A stretch of DNA of 64,000 nucleotides from Octopus sinensis (taxonomy: Eukaryota). This document shows positions 26,389 through 39,790 of the stretch, piece by piece. A program made the position numbers and the translations under genes. The notes below the pieces were generated by a model. The model worked only from the letters and a program-made list of their open reading frames with translations. It was not told where the DNA came from and ran no database searches. The stretch is taken from positions 94,984,001 to 95,048,000 of the forward strand of contig NC_043000.1 of the NCBI RefSeq assembly GCF_006345805.1. The letters run 5' to 3'. Within the stretch, counting starts at the first letter, position 1, and each line of letters opens with the position of its first letter.

Positions 26389-26876
26389 CGTATATATGTA
26401 TTTATATCTTATGTATCTATCCCAAGCACTTTTATCTGTTAACTGCATCATTATCTCCATATGTATTCACCTAGATACGTGTTATAGCCACTGTTTAAAT
26501 CTTTGAACTTAGTCCTCGATAAAGATTTCAGAGTGTAAGTTCAAATCATTTGAGCGCTACTAATCATTTTCTATATTGACCATTTCTGAATCTCATCCTG
26601 TGAATATATAAATGTGTGTGTGTGTGGTGTGTGTGTGTGTGTGTGTGTGTGTGTCTGTGCGCGTGTGCGTGTGTGTGTGTGTATACATACATATATACAT
26701 AGGGATAAAGCAGTGTTTATTCCTGTTTCTTCTACGTTTGCTTTGTATTTCATAATTAGTAGTAATGCTACTCGAAGTTACCTAAGAACTATACAGAAAG
26801 CAGACTGGACTATATAAATCTACGTGTAGCTGTAAATTAACAACTTCTACCATATATACATATATACATAATATAC

Positions 26877-26974
<98 letters not shown>

Positions 26975-28097
26975 GATATATATATATATATATATTATGT
27001 GTGTGTGTGCTTGTGTGTCTGTGTCAGTTTATATGTATGTGCCTGTGTGTGTGTATTTATGCTTAATTTACATGTCTATAGATGCGTTAAAGGCAATCTG
27101 AAAATTAAATTCGATAGAAATGTATATCTACTTTGTGTAAAATGTCTCATACTTTGTTAGATATTAGAAAGGGATGAATGTATAATATACAAAGCTTTAA
27201 ATAACATTAAGTTTTACTGTGTTGTTTCATATCAGTAATACATGTACATGTAAATTATATTACATGTTATTACCGAGAACAATTTGGAATTTGTTGAAAC
27301 AATGATTTTTCTCAACGAAATATATTATAAAGAAAACATGATATCAAACTCCAATAAAATGTGAGGAAATGAATAAAATTGAATATAAATGATTATATGA
27401 TGAACATAAAATATAAGAAATAGAGATAAATTGAAATACAAGTGTCTATCGTCTGGAATCGATGCTGGCTATGTAAGTTTGTAATCCATTAAATTAGAGG
27501 AGATTGAAGAATAACTCGTTGAAAAGCTAACTAAAGTAAAATAAATTGAATGAAACTTATTTGACAGTTTCAAAAGAAATTATGTGTTGCAACTTCAATA
27601 ATGAAATAAATATATTCAATGACGCACTCTTAATTGAGTCTAAGGATTAAAAATTAAATTAGCTTATTTAGTTCTGCGTTTATCTTTCATTGCTATGATG
27701 ATTCCATAATATATTATTATGAAATTTCAGAGACACAATAATTAAAAAGGTCGTTGCTCCAAGTAAAAATGTACTGTAGCGAGTGATATGAATATATTTT
27801 ATTTTCAAAGTGTTTCTTTTTACATGAGTAAGAAAGAATGCTATAAGATATAAGGATATAGGTAGTAGACAAAAAGGACAAGTGGGCACTTATTAAATTA
27901 TTGCCTATTTTGACAAATTATTAGTTTAAATTATTATTATAATATTTGAAAATTTTATACCTGAAATGAGATTAATTTTGCGTGTCAACTAAGTAATTGG
28001 CGCTTGAGAAATATAATTTCTCATGATTCTACAATGTTCTATTACATATGCCTGTTAAGTGTGCGTGTACACACGGCAAACACACATACAGTATATC

Positions 28098-28200
28098 CGA
28101 AGGGTGTATGAAAAGTTTTGAGCCTTGAAGTCTTGCACCTTTATCAGAAGTCGTGTACCATATTTTTTTTTGAGGCTCAAGACTTTTCATACACCCCTCG
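28098..28200. mobile_element. 103-bp mariner-type MITE
   Basis: 28-bp TIRs cgaagggtgtatgaaaagttttgagcct and aggctcaagacttttcatacacccctcg. Confidence 0.8.
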
Positions 28201-28461
28201 TGTATATATATATACACATAGAGTGTGTGAGAGAGAGAGAGCGAGAGAGAGAGGTAATGGTGTCAATAAGACATAAAGGTGTCAGGTAATAGTGAGTAAG
28301 CGCTATGGACAGACTATAGTTAAGGTCCAATTTCGGTGATTAAGCGAATGAGGGGTCCAACGTAAGCCATATATCAGCATATATATATATATATATAAAA
28401 ATTCCAGAATGATATAAATATCCAAGGCTGTGAAAGATTTTGGAACATTTATAAATAGAAG

Positions 28462-28509
28462 GTCTTACACATATTTCCGGGATATTTTATATATCCCTTC
28501 ATCGGAGAC
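28462..28509 (-). ncRNA. Degenerate hammerhead, family C, in a Penelope-type fragment (~28265-28560)
   Basis: GUCU-CCGAUGA-A-GGGAUAU..AUAUCCC-G-GAAAU-AUGU-GUA/AGAC. The host fragment is homologous to 55470-55720. Confidence 0.55.
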
Positions 28510-28569
28510 GGTGTAAGAAGATGGTTAATCCCCAGTTAAGCACCAGTTAAGCACCATCTATTTCATATC

Positions 28570-28722
28570 TTATCTAAAATAACTATTCCTTAACCATTTT
28601 CTCACACATATCAAATTTGAACGCAATCGGATTGAGGATGCTCGAGATCCTAGAAGACACACACACAGACAGGCAGATAGAACGGATTTTATATAAGAGA
28701 TTTTTTGTATATCTTGCACTAT
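28570..28722. mobile_element. Possible Helitron/Helentron-like non-autonomous end fragment
   Basis: aaatttgaacgcaatcggattgag...gacacacacacagacaggcagatag...ttttatataag resembles DINE/HINE-type ends. Pattern recognition only. Confidence 0.35.
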
Positions 28723-29711
28723 GTAAAAAGAAAACTGTATAAGAGCAGATGAGTTCATTGATTGAACTGCGTCTGCGCGCGCACGTATGTGTGTGCGCGC
28801 GTGTATGTGTGTGTGTGTGTGCGTGTGTGTGTGCGTGTCTGTATGTTTATAGTTACGTGACTATACATGGGATGAGGTTAGTTTTAACAAGCGAATAGTT
28901 TATGCAGTCCATGCTTTTTTATAAATTTTTATTTTTATTTATCTTTTAGCATATCTGGTGAAAGTCAAAACTCTAACTTTTTGGAATCTCAAACCAACGA
29001 GGAACATTTAGTTGCCGGTGATGGTGATGTGCGTACCTCTGACAGTGAAATTATAATATCGTTCCTTCAACATTTTCCTCACGGTACAGAGAAGGTGAGA
29101 TATAGGCGAGAGCAGTCGTGATTCTCGGGACACCCATGTAGCTATGTCCTCCACTGTGCATTTTGGAGCCTTCATTTTAGCACACGACATGGAGGCAATA
29201 CATCTTAAACGGACCGTGGGACTGAGCGAAAAAGGAGGCCATAATCAACAACCTCCATGCAAAACCACTCACAAGCACACGTACACACTACACAAGCCTA
29301 AACACACAGAAATTCGATCAGAAAGACCCTGTTTCTCTTTGCCATCTGTAAAAACTCTCACATGCTGAAAGAAGATTCATATTACTGACCGGAAAATGTA
29401 GATGTAAATAAGGCACAAAGCGGAAATAACTATAATTATCCAATGAATAGGAAAACAAAGGACAACACGAGGAACTTTTTCGGAACAATCCATGCACAAA
29501 TCCTAATTAGATGAAACAATGTGACTGAGATTAAAACAATATATACAGCAGTCTAAGCTTCTCATTTGCAACTGAATTGCTGGCTTGATGTAACACCGAA
29601 TTTGCATACACATACGCACACTCAGACACACATACACGCAAATACACATTACGCGGGCGGGGACACAAATTTACACATACAAACACACTCTCACACACAC
29701 ATACACACACA

Positions 29712-29775
<64 letters not shown>

Positions 29776-30059
29776 CACACCCACACACACATTGCAAGCG
29801 GTCAACAATTGATAGCCGTTTGACCTCAAGTGAAACGCGTGGCAAAACGTTAAAATATAAAACAGAATATTGCGCTTCTTTTACAAAAACACTTTGTCAA
29901 ACTTAATTCTGATAGACTATTATAACGCAAAATTTTGAAAATCGAGAGAAGCAATCCAAACGGTAGCAACAATTTTTTTCATGTTTTACTGTTGCATGTT
30001 TGATGTCCAGAAAGAATAGATTTACTAAGATTATCTTCCGATTTATTCAATTCACACAC

Positions 30060-30111
<52 letters not shown>

Positions 30112-30517
30112 GCAAACACGTACACACATGTGTTTATTGGTTTTGTTAAATGTTCTTTGTATTTTTGAAATATTAGACCAAATGACTGAAATGTATGTAA
30201 TAAAAAATCTTTTGAAAAATATAAAAAAAAGAGTTGGAAGAGAAACTATTAATTAAGACCAACGCCAAAATTCCCTATATTGTTAAGTTCCAACAATAAA
30301 TATATTAGACCTGTACAGAAAAATTTATATGAAAGATTAAAATAGTTAACTGGAAGTGCTAAGCTAAATAAGGTATTTGCCGGTCATGCTTGTCATTTAG
30401 TTTAGAAAAAACTGTTTGGCGTGATAGTGAGTATGCTGATTTAAATAATCTACTTATGGTCGTGTTAAAACATGAACTCTACGAAAAAGATACAAAATCC
30501 TTGATGTATCTTAAAAC

Positions 30518-30820
30518 TTGTTGTTGTTTGTCCCTTCTCGGGTCATGCCTGGTTCCTAAGGGCCGATTTCCCGGTTTCCTTGGCGTATACGTTCTCCACC
30601 TGGACGGGACGCTGGTCCGTCGCAGGTGAGCTGCAAGATACAGGAGGAAAAATGTGAAAAAAAATTGTGGCGAAAGAGCCAATAGAACTTCGCCATTACC
30701 TTCTGCCAAAGCCGCGTGGAGCTTATGTGTTTCGCTCAAAAACACACATATCGCCCGGTCTAAAATTCGAACCCGCGTTTCAGAGTCCGCTGCTCTAACC
30801 ACTAGGCCATGTGCCTCCAC
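30518..30820 (-). mobile_element. SINE family V
   Basis: Reverse complement of the 26092-26388 family. Confidence 0.85.
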
Positions 30821-30821
30821 G

Positions 30822-32170
30822 GCTTAAAACTTAGGGAATTACAATTAGATATGCAAGAGGAATATAATGAAGAAGTTAAACGCAACAGATCCATTCTCTA
30901 GCGGTTAACTGATGTAGTTATTTTCTTAGGTCGCCTGGTATTATCACTTCGTGATCGTTTTAAATCCAAAAACACAACTATCATGGGAATTACAATGAAT
31001 TCCTATATTTAATCAGTATGTTGAAAATTTTCAAGTCATCTATATATGGCTTCAACTCCAGTCTCTCAAACAGAATTCAAAATGATTTAACCGAAGAGAT
31101 TCAATGGTTGTGCTGAATGAAATAATAAATTAACCTAAGCAGGCTAAATTTGTTATTATTCCAGTAGATGAAACGTCCGATGTATCGAACTATTCGCAAC
31201 TATCATCTGTGTGTTGCAAAATAACCTTTTAACGAGGTTAATGCAATTTAATGATGTTCTGCAATTTCTTTATCTAAACATGTTTTTAAAAGCATTGAAA
31301 TGTGAAAGTATGAAAGCAAGTTAATTACACAAACCTGTGACGATGCCTTTACAATGGCAGAATAATTAAATGAGTTACAGTCAAAGGTAAGAGAGAAATG
31401 TGAGTGTGTAATCTTTATTTATTTTCGTGCTCATGTACTAAATTTAGTTTTTCTACGGGCATGCTCTGTCATAAGAGAATGCATATTGTTTTTCTACAAT
31501 GAATGAACACGGTACATTTTTTACAAAATCTCCCGAAAGAGCTAATGAGTTAGATGATAATTATTAAAAATAGATTTCTCAAAGTAACATTAATTAGATG
31601 TAATTAACCGTCGCGGTTCATTATTACTACAAATGAAAATTGTAATTTCCTAATCAATCTTCGTGAAGTCAGCATCCAAAGTCCTGAAGCATGAGATAAA
31701 AATCACTATAAATTCTGGAACTGGATTCTTACGCAGTTTAAAGGATTCTGGTTTCTCACTTTTATTAGTAGTATTTAGTGATATATTTTCTTTCTTTGAT
31801 GTTTCATTTAATATTCTTCAAGTAGAAAGACTTGGCGTGATGTATTGTAAAGAGCAAACATAAAATAAGAACTGTGCTTTCAATGTTTTATTAAATATTA
31901 AGGCAGAACTACGGAATCGATGAAGCAGTCCAAATTAAGAGATTAAGAAATAAATTTGTTGACTCACATCATTATAGAATACCCTAAAACAAAATTATTG
32001 GCGCATAAGATAAGCAATTAAAGGCAAGATATTCATCCTTAGAAGAGCATAAATTCATGGAAGTTTTTGATATTAGCTAAGCTGAACACTACTACAAACA
32101 ATTTCCAGCGCATCATTGGTTTTATTAATGCTATCCCACAGTTCTTCAATGGTTACAAGTTGATTTGAGA
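30822..32170 (+). mobile_element. Degenerate hAT-superfamily transposase fragment (ZMYM1-like)
   Basis: EEVKRNRSIL*RLTDVVIFLGR, FVIIPVDETSDVSNYSQLS and ITQTCDDA remnants; many stops and frameshifts. Confidence 0.7.
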
Positions 32171-32753
32171 ATTCCTTTGATAACCGCCTCTGTTCAGGGA
32201 TCCTTTCCTTCATTGAAGAGAAGTAAAACCTGCCAAAGAAATGCAAGCAACACCACTGATATATATATCCGAATAGAAAGATGCAGGAAGTCCAAATGGA
32301 TACTGAAAATTGGGCAACTACTGGTCAAGGCGGGTCACATGGTGTTATTAGAAATGAAATTGAAATTTCAGTGACAGCACCTCCACTAAAAAAGAGATCT
32401 CAGTAAGAATTCCATGGACTGCATGACTAGACAGGAAGCAGTCCATGGATAGTCTTCGCAGTCTGGATAGTCTTCGAAGGAACTTAAATGACATCGAACA
32501 GAAGGTCACTAAGGGCGCATATGTATGTGTGTGTATATGCCAGTTGTATGAACGTCTTTATGTGCGTGTATGGTTCGTGTACGTGAGAATGTGTCAGTTT
32601 TGTATATCTGCTACGAGGGTATCATTTGTGTACATGTATGTGTGTGTATGTGTTTTGTCTGCGTGCGCAAATATATGTGTGTACAAATCCTAACAGATGT
32701 ATTTAGTGCATCTTTCATTAGTTTGTCCACTCGCATGTATGGATAGATAGATA

Positions 32754-33174
32754 GGCGCAGGAGTGGCTGTGTGGTAAGTAACTTGCTTACGAACCACATG
32801 GTTCCGGGTTCAGTCTCACTGCGTGGCACCTTGGGTAAGTGTCTTCTACTATAGCCTCGGGCCGACCAAAGCATTGTGAGTGGATTTGGTAGACGGAAAC
32901 TGAAAGAAGCCCGTCGTATACGTGTATATATATGTGTGTGTATGTGCCTGTTTGTGTGTCTATGTTTGTCCCCCCAACATCGCTTGACAACCAATGCTGG
33001 TGTGTTTATGTCCCCGTCACTTAGCGGTTCGGCAAAAGAGACCGATAGAATAAGTACTGGGCTTACAAAGAATGAGTCCTGGGGTCGAGTTGCTCGACTA
33101 AAGGCGGTGCTCCAGCATGGCCGCAGTCAAATGGCTGCAACAAGTAAAAGAGTAAAAGAGTAAAAGAGTAAAGA

Positions 33175-33175
<1 letters not shown>
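32754..33175 (+). mobile_element. SINE family S1
   Basis: Full-length copy. Confidence 0.9.
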
Positions 33176-33225
<50 letters not shown>

Positions 33226-33621
33226 ATATATATGCGTGCGTGTATAAATGTGTGTTTGCATAGTTATATGCATGTGATATCATGAACTAGATCCGATATA
33301 ATCCGAAATGGTAATCCTGGTGATTGTGAGCTGATAAGCCATTAATCCAGGGGTTAATTTGATATAGATTTGTGCTATTCGTTGTTTGTCTTGGTATTAT
33401 ACATTACAATACTCTCACACACCCATGGATGTGTATACGTGTGTGCGCGTGTGTGTTTGTGTGTGCGCGCGTGTGCAGGAACGAGTGTGTGTGCGTGTTT
33501 GCGTGTGTTTAAGCGCGTGTGTGGGTGTCTATGGATATATATGCATATATACATATATACATAGATACATGTATATATATGTATATATATATATGTATGT
33601 ATATATGTATGTATATATATG

Positions 33622-33655
<34 letters not shown>

Positions 33656-33669
33656 ATATTATATATATA

Positions 33670-33724
<55 letters not shown>

Positions 33725-33959
33725 ATATATATAATATATATATATTCAGTATCCAATACTTACATCGCACAGCTGTGAAGTTTGGACTGTATTAATCGAC
33801 AATTCCGAATTAGGTATATCCTTAAATATGCCGTTGCCCACCATACAGAACCTTATACATATTATCTATTCCAATGCATTGACTACTGATCTGCATATTA
33901 AATTATTTGATCTCTCCTCAAAATTACAGTGATCGAATTGCTTACATGACAAAAGTATA

Positions 33960-34560
33960 CTGCTTCATATGTTTGGCAATCGAATGCAAGAGAATGATGA
34001 TGTTATCAGCGGATTTGCTGCTCTTACGAATCGAACATACCATTGTTTGTTTGTAAAGATTAAAATACATCCTTATATCCTTGTAGACAGAGTAAGAGGG
34101 AGTTTAAAGTATTTGGCAACGATAGAAACTAAGTCTGGGGTAGGTTTTTTTTTCCAGATAATACCTGGGAAGTTTCCTGAGCCTAGGTCTTGTTGCTTTG
34201 AAGGGGATGAATATGCTTTAGCTCTAGACGTGAATGCGTGTATATGATGGTACGCCAGGTAGAAGGAAAAAATGATAGTTGCAGCTTACGATGCACTACT
34301 TGTACACGATGTACTGAATGTATACAGTGAGAAATGGCATGCAAAACGGGTAGCAAACACCGAAGTTTTGTCTACAGATGTAATGCATATGATATCATCA
34401 TAACGCAAGAGATGGGGGACTTCGCGTGTTTGTAGTGAACCTTTTAGTAAAGTACCAAAAGATTGGTCTTCATACTTGCAGGATGTGTTATCCATGGGTC
34501 ATCGTTCGTGTTTCATTCAATGGTCTTGCAGAGGTTATAATGCTCAGTAAATGTCATATT
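33960..34560 (-). mobile_element. Highly decayed CR1/Jockey-like LINE ORF2 fragment
   Basis: DKTSVFATRFA, GSGNFPGIIWKK..PDLVSIVAKYFKL and NPLITSS align loosely with the pre-RT region of such LINEs. Confidence 0.45.
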
Positions 34561-34814
34561 GTTTGTAGCTTAAGATGATTTACGTTGTAAGCGTTGTAAG
34601 CGTTGTAAGCTTATGTTTTTACATGAACTGCTGCGGCATACCCCTAAATGAAGCACTTGGAGGGCTTAGGGCAATGCGTTTTGGCTGCTCTGTCGATAGA
34701 GAGACATAAAGGTGAGTGTATATATATATATATATATTCAAAATGTGACCACGTGCGTACCGTTGGCGATTTTTTTCCTCTGTCTTCCCTTCTCTAGATC
34801 TTTTCTTCTCTTAT

Positions 34815-34849
34815 GTTTCCGACGAAGAGCTCTGCTCGAAACGTTAAAC
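34815..34849 (+). ncRNA. Minimal hammerhead, family D (core CCGACGA), in a ~250-bp Penelope-type fragment (34740-34990)
   Basis: GUUU-CCGACGA-A-GAGC-ucu-GCUC-GAAAC-GUU/AAAC. Confidence 0.65.
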
Positions 34850-35374
34850 TCCCCTTCTTCACTTCCTTCCTGAGCGTCCAATAATACTATATTTGTTCCA
34901 CGTCCTCGCTTTGTTGTGTTTTCTCTGTGTGTTTTCATGTTTGGATTAACTTTATATATATATGTTGCTGTATTTCGGGATGGTCATTTCATTTTTTTCA
35001 TTTTTGCCAAATAAACCCACGCACTATATTTTTTTTTCATTCGTTTATTACTATTATTTTATTATTTCAACGCCTGTCCATTCTCCAGTAATCTTTTGTC
35101 ACATATCTGTGACCTCTTCAGAGACACTTTTCGTTTCCGTGTATACTCTTGCTCCACTTACTCCATCTGTTCTTAGATGTGTAACCTTATGTGCGTATGC
35201 ATTTGTGTCCTTCTTTGTATGTGCGTGTGTGTGTATGTGGTTTTGTTTCTTCTTTTTTTTTGCTGCATGCCAGTTTAAAAGGCGGATGATTCGAAGGGGG
35301 GAGGAGATGATGATGCATCCAGGAGATATAAGACTGCCTGATCTCACACCTCAGTTCTCTCACAACCAACCAGT

Positions 35375-35612
35375 TAAAAGTAGCGGATTCACTACTTAAA
35401 CCCATGACTACTCTCCTTAATAGGGAGTTATTATAGTTACAGATTATAATATACTACTTGCATGCGATGCATTACTTGTATTTCTAACTTGTATTTCTAA
35501 AAGTAGCGGATTCACTGCTTAAACCCATGACTACTCTCCTTAATAGGGAGTTATTATAGTTACAGATTATAATATACTACTTGCATGCGATGCATTACTT
35601 GTATTTCTAACT
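35375..35612. repeat. 123-bp tandem duplication
   Basis: taaaagtagcggattcact... occurs at 35375 and 35498. Confidence 0.95.
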
Positions 35613-35784
35613 AAGGATTTTAAATTAAATGGTCGGGAATTGTACTTGTGTAATGTAGTTCCTAGCACAAGACCCTAAGGTTATAGCTAGAAAATTAACG
35701 CATTTGAAGTTGGTGGTAACTGTACCATTAAAATTTAAATGGTTTAATTTTTTGCATGAACAAAAAGTGTTACAATTCTTGCTT

Positions 35785-36135
35785 TTTGACTTGGCTCAGT
35801 CACTGCACTGCGGCAACCCTGGAGTACCATTTTCAAGAATTTAGTTGGACAAATTGTGTCGTACTTATTTTAGCAGTTTCGCTTGCCGTTAAGTCACGGG
35901 GGCGTACGTAAACTAACTAACAGTAGTTATCATGCTGAAGGAAAGAGCAAACATAAATACGAAGACACACTCACACACATACACAACGTGTTTCTAAACC
36001 GTTTCCGTCTACCATAGTCAGTCATAAGGCACTGGTCACCTCGAATCTATAGTACAAGACTATAGGTACCACGCCTCGAAGCTTTGTAGTTGCGAAGTGA
36101 AGTCCTTTACCACGACGCCAGACCAAGCAATGCCT
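35785..36135 (-). mobile_element. Old degenerate SINE S1 copy
   Basis: Residual matches such as tttccgtctacca and the tail region. Confidence 0.55.
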
Positions 36136-36261
36136 ATATTTTGCGCTTATGTATTGCTATGAATATTATTTTTATCATGTCTGGGATACAGAAGCATGTA
36201 ACTTCACATATATTTGCACTCTGCTGCTGTTCTTACATCATTCTTTCTATTTGCACACATA

Positions 36262-36436
36262 GGCGCAGGAGTGGCTGTGTGGTAAGTAGTTTGCTTCCCA
36301 ACCACAAAGTTCCGGGTTCAGTCCCACTGCGTGGCATCTTGGGCAAGTGTCTTCTACTATAGCCACGGGTCAACAAATGCCTTGTGAGTGGATTTGGTTG
36401 ACGGAAACTGAAAGAAGCCCGTCGTTATATTATATA

Positions 36437-36490
<54 letters not shown>

Positions 36491-36491
36491 C

Positions 36492-36522
<31 letters not shown>

Positions 36523-37020
36523 CATATATATATATAATATATATAGTTGAATTTACAAAAAACAAAAGACGAAGACAGATTTAGAAACAACAAAGAGGTG
36601 TATTAGTTTAACGCTCGGTGAGAAAGTCTTTTACGTTTCGTGCCTACGCTCTTCAACAGAAAGGAACACGAGAAAATAAACAGAGATAATAAAATTAAGA
36701 ACATACATATATACATTTCCTGAGCGCCATACTAATACAATTGTTCGTTTGTTTTCCACCTGCCTTCGTCTTTTGTCTATTTTCATAAAGCTTCCCGTTA
36801 TACATATATATATATGTATGAATGTATCTGTGCATGTATTCGTGTGTCTGTGTTTCCCCACCTCACCCCACCATCGCTTGACCACCGATGCTGGTGCGTT
36901 TATGTCCCATAACTTAGCGGTTCGGCAATAGAGACCGATAGAATAAGTACTAGGTTTTCAAAGAATAAGTACTGGGGTCGATTTGTTCGACTAAAGGCGG
37001 TGCTTCTGCGTGGCCGCAGC
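36262..37020 (+). mobile_element. SINE S1 interrupted by a family-E hammerhead element (36555-36795) inside its internal microsatellite
   Basis: Head at 36262-36425; the tail resumes at ~36795. Confidence 0.85.
36629..36662 (-). ncRNA. Minimal hammerhead-like motif, family E (core CUGUUGA)
   Basis: UUU-CUGUUGA-A-GAGC-guag-GCAC-GAAAC-GUA/AAA. Confidence 0.6.
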
Positions 37021-37957
37021 ATGAAGCAAGTACAAGAATATAGTTATCGCTTTGAAGCGTATATCATTTATTACTTCGAAAACGCTGATGTCGATTCTCG
37101 TAAATTATATTCTCAGTTCATGTACCTTAATAAGGAGTGTTTAGAAACATATATATATAAAATTCTATTATATCGAACTAATTAAATTTGGACCTTATAA
37201 ATAGTTTTGACTCAATCGAATGTTGCATTCCTGTGATTCTATTGCCGCAGGTCTATGAAAGTCCTAATTTATACATCGATAGTGTTTAGAAACTTCTCAG
37301 TAGGCTAGTAAAGTTGTATTTTTGCATTATTGCTGGCTATGCATCTGATATCTAAGGAAATATTCTGCTTAAGAATTTCGGAAATGTATTTGTCTGACAA
37401 ATGATTTGATTTAAGGCAGTGTGTTGATACTAAATTAATTACAGCGTAGAAGACTCGTTTTCGGCATTCAAAAACTTCACTAAATCATTTATTTCAAAAT
37501 GTCAAACTTTTCGGCGCACTATCTGTGACCTGATCACTGATGTAGTCCAGCTGCAACTGCCTGAAAGTAGGTTATCGCTCAGCTTATATAGGTGTTATGG
37601 CTTTAAATTTATAATTTACTTTCCATTTTTTCCTTTTGTATAGGTAGTAGTTCAGATCGTCATTACATAGTAATTTGTAGACCAGTTATTTTAGCTTAAA
37701 TTTGGACGTCATAGTTGTTTGTATGTACTTTCTATTTCCTTCCTTTCTCTCTCTCTCTCTCTTTCTCTCTCTCCACTCTCACTCTTTCAGTATTCATTTC
37801 TTCTCTCCTTAGGGGCCACATAGCATTCTTCTGCCAAACAGTATCATAATTTATTTATTTCACAGTTGAAAATCTATTTAAACTACCACCACCACCACCA
37901 CCACCACCACCACTACTACTACTACTACTACAACCACTACCAGTAGTAGTAGTAGTC

Positions 37958-38010
<53 letters not shown>

Positions 38011-38448
38011 TGCTCTTGTAAAATTAATTTTGCTACCACACCCTGCTATTTTATACACTTCATATAAATCTCTCTTTCCTTTGTCTTTATTCTGTGGCCA
38101 TGGACCTTGGATGAGCCCCGTGTGAAGACATCCTAAGCGACTGACCAATACGGAGGCGAGGATGAAATGAAAATTGAGTTATAATTTTAAAACACCGAGG
38201 CCTATAATATATACTGACAAAAAAAAAATAGTTTCGAGTCAGTAGCAGCAGAACTGTGTCACTGGCCAGGTTGCAGATAGCATGGCGAAAATTTAGAGAG
38301 AAAGAAATAAACCATTTAAGGAAGTTAACAGTCACTGTGTGTTTTTGAATATTTAAAATGAATCATCCATGCTGTAATTGCATCAGTGCTAATTTATGGT
38401 ACTTCTGATTACATATAAAATAATTCATTAAATACTATCACGACTCTG

Positions 38449-38612
38449 TTGTTGTTGTTGTTCTTCTTCTTCTTCTTCTTCTTCTTTTTCTTCTTCTTCT
38501 TCTTCTTCTTCTTCTTCTTCTTTCTTCTTTTCTTCTTCTTCTCGTCTTCTTCTTCTTCTTCTTCTTCTTTTCTTCTTCTTCTTCTTCTTCTTCTTCTTCT
38601 TTTCTTCTTCTT
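38449..38612. repeat. (TTC)n microsatellite
   Basis: Read directly from the sequence. Confidence 0.98.
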
Positions 38613-39069
38613 ACTGCTGCTGTTATCGTTGTCACCGTCGTTGCCGTAGTCGTTTAATCTTCAGAACGTATTAAAAACAACTCGACAAGATTAACCAGAT
38701 GCTCAACGACTGATCATGTTTATTTACTTCGTCCGTTCTACAGAGAGAAATAACATCTTCTCCCTGTCTAGGAAAAATGCTATGATTAAACAAATCATTG
38801 CTTTTTCTCATTTATGCAACCGTGCATTCGTCTGCGGTGCGTATAATTTAATGAAGAATTGAAAAAAAAAGAATTGTCCTTCTATACGTTCAACCTTGTG
38901 GAGGTTTAACCATGGGAGTCTATTTGCACGATGAAGCTAAACGCATTATCATTTGACATAGGCACGTAAAATTCTTTATAACTTACATTTGTGTGCACCT
39001 GACCTCGTGTGTACCGTTGGCGATATTTTTTCCTCTGCCTTCCCTTCTCTGGATCTTTCCTTCTCCTAT

Positions 39070-39104
39070 GTTTCCGGCGAAGAGCTCCGCTCGAAACTTT
39101 AAAC
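39070..39104 (+). ncRNA. Degenerate hammerhead, family D (core CCGGCGA), in fragment 38985-39205
   Basis: GUUU-CCGGCGA-A-GAGC-ucc-GCUC-GAAAC-UUU/AAAC; the flanks match 34740-34950. Confidence 0.5.
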
Positions 39105-39228
39105 CCTCCTTCTTTCCTTCTTTCCTGAGCGTCCAATAATACTATATTTGTTCCACGTCCTCGCGTTGTTGTGTTTTTTTTGTGCTTTCTTGTTTGGATT
39201 AACTATATATATATATACATACTATATA

Positions 39229-39290
<62 letters not shown>

Positions 39291-39409
39291 AGTGAAAGAG
39301 AGAAAGAGGGATAGATATACATGTATATATGTAAATATATATAAGATAAGTATATATACTTATCTATTCAACAATATAGACTTTATGATTGTAGAAATAG
39401 TAACAATTG

Positions 39410-39790
39410 TCTTTAGTAATAATTGCAATAAAAAAAGAAATAGTTTACAAACGTGCAGTGAGTACTCAAACGAGTAATATGGTATATGTGAGAGCCACCC
39501 AAAACCATATGAAACGTGGACTGAATCACCATCTGTGAACCTTCAGAAACAGAAATAGGAGGAATTCCGCTGGTTTGAGTAATTATATATGGGACCTCAA
39601 CGATAAGGGTATTAGCTATGACTTCCATTGGAAAATCTTAGTCTCAGCATCTGCGTATGATGTAAAGAATAAGAAATGTATGCTGTTTATAAATGAAATC
39701 CTTTTTATATTAAAGACCAATTTTCCTCTACTTAATAAAAAAGGAATAAATGGTTTCTGCCTTCATAAGGCTAAACACACTTTCTCTTAA
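39410..39790 (+). mobile_element. Penelope-like element GIY-YIG endonuclease remnant
   Basis: EIVYK..V...VYV, NHH, RNSAGLSNYIWDLNDKGISY..HWKIL..A..Y..KKC, LLNK..CLHK match the PLE GIY-YIG C-terminal pattern. Confidence 0.8.
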
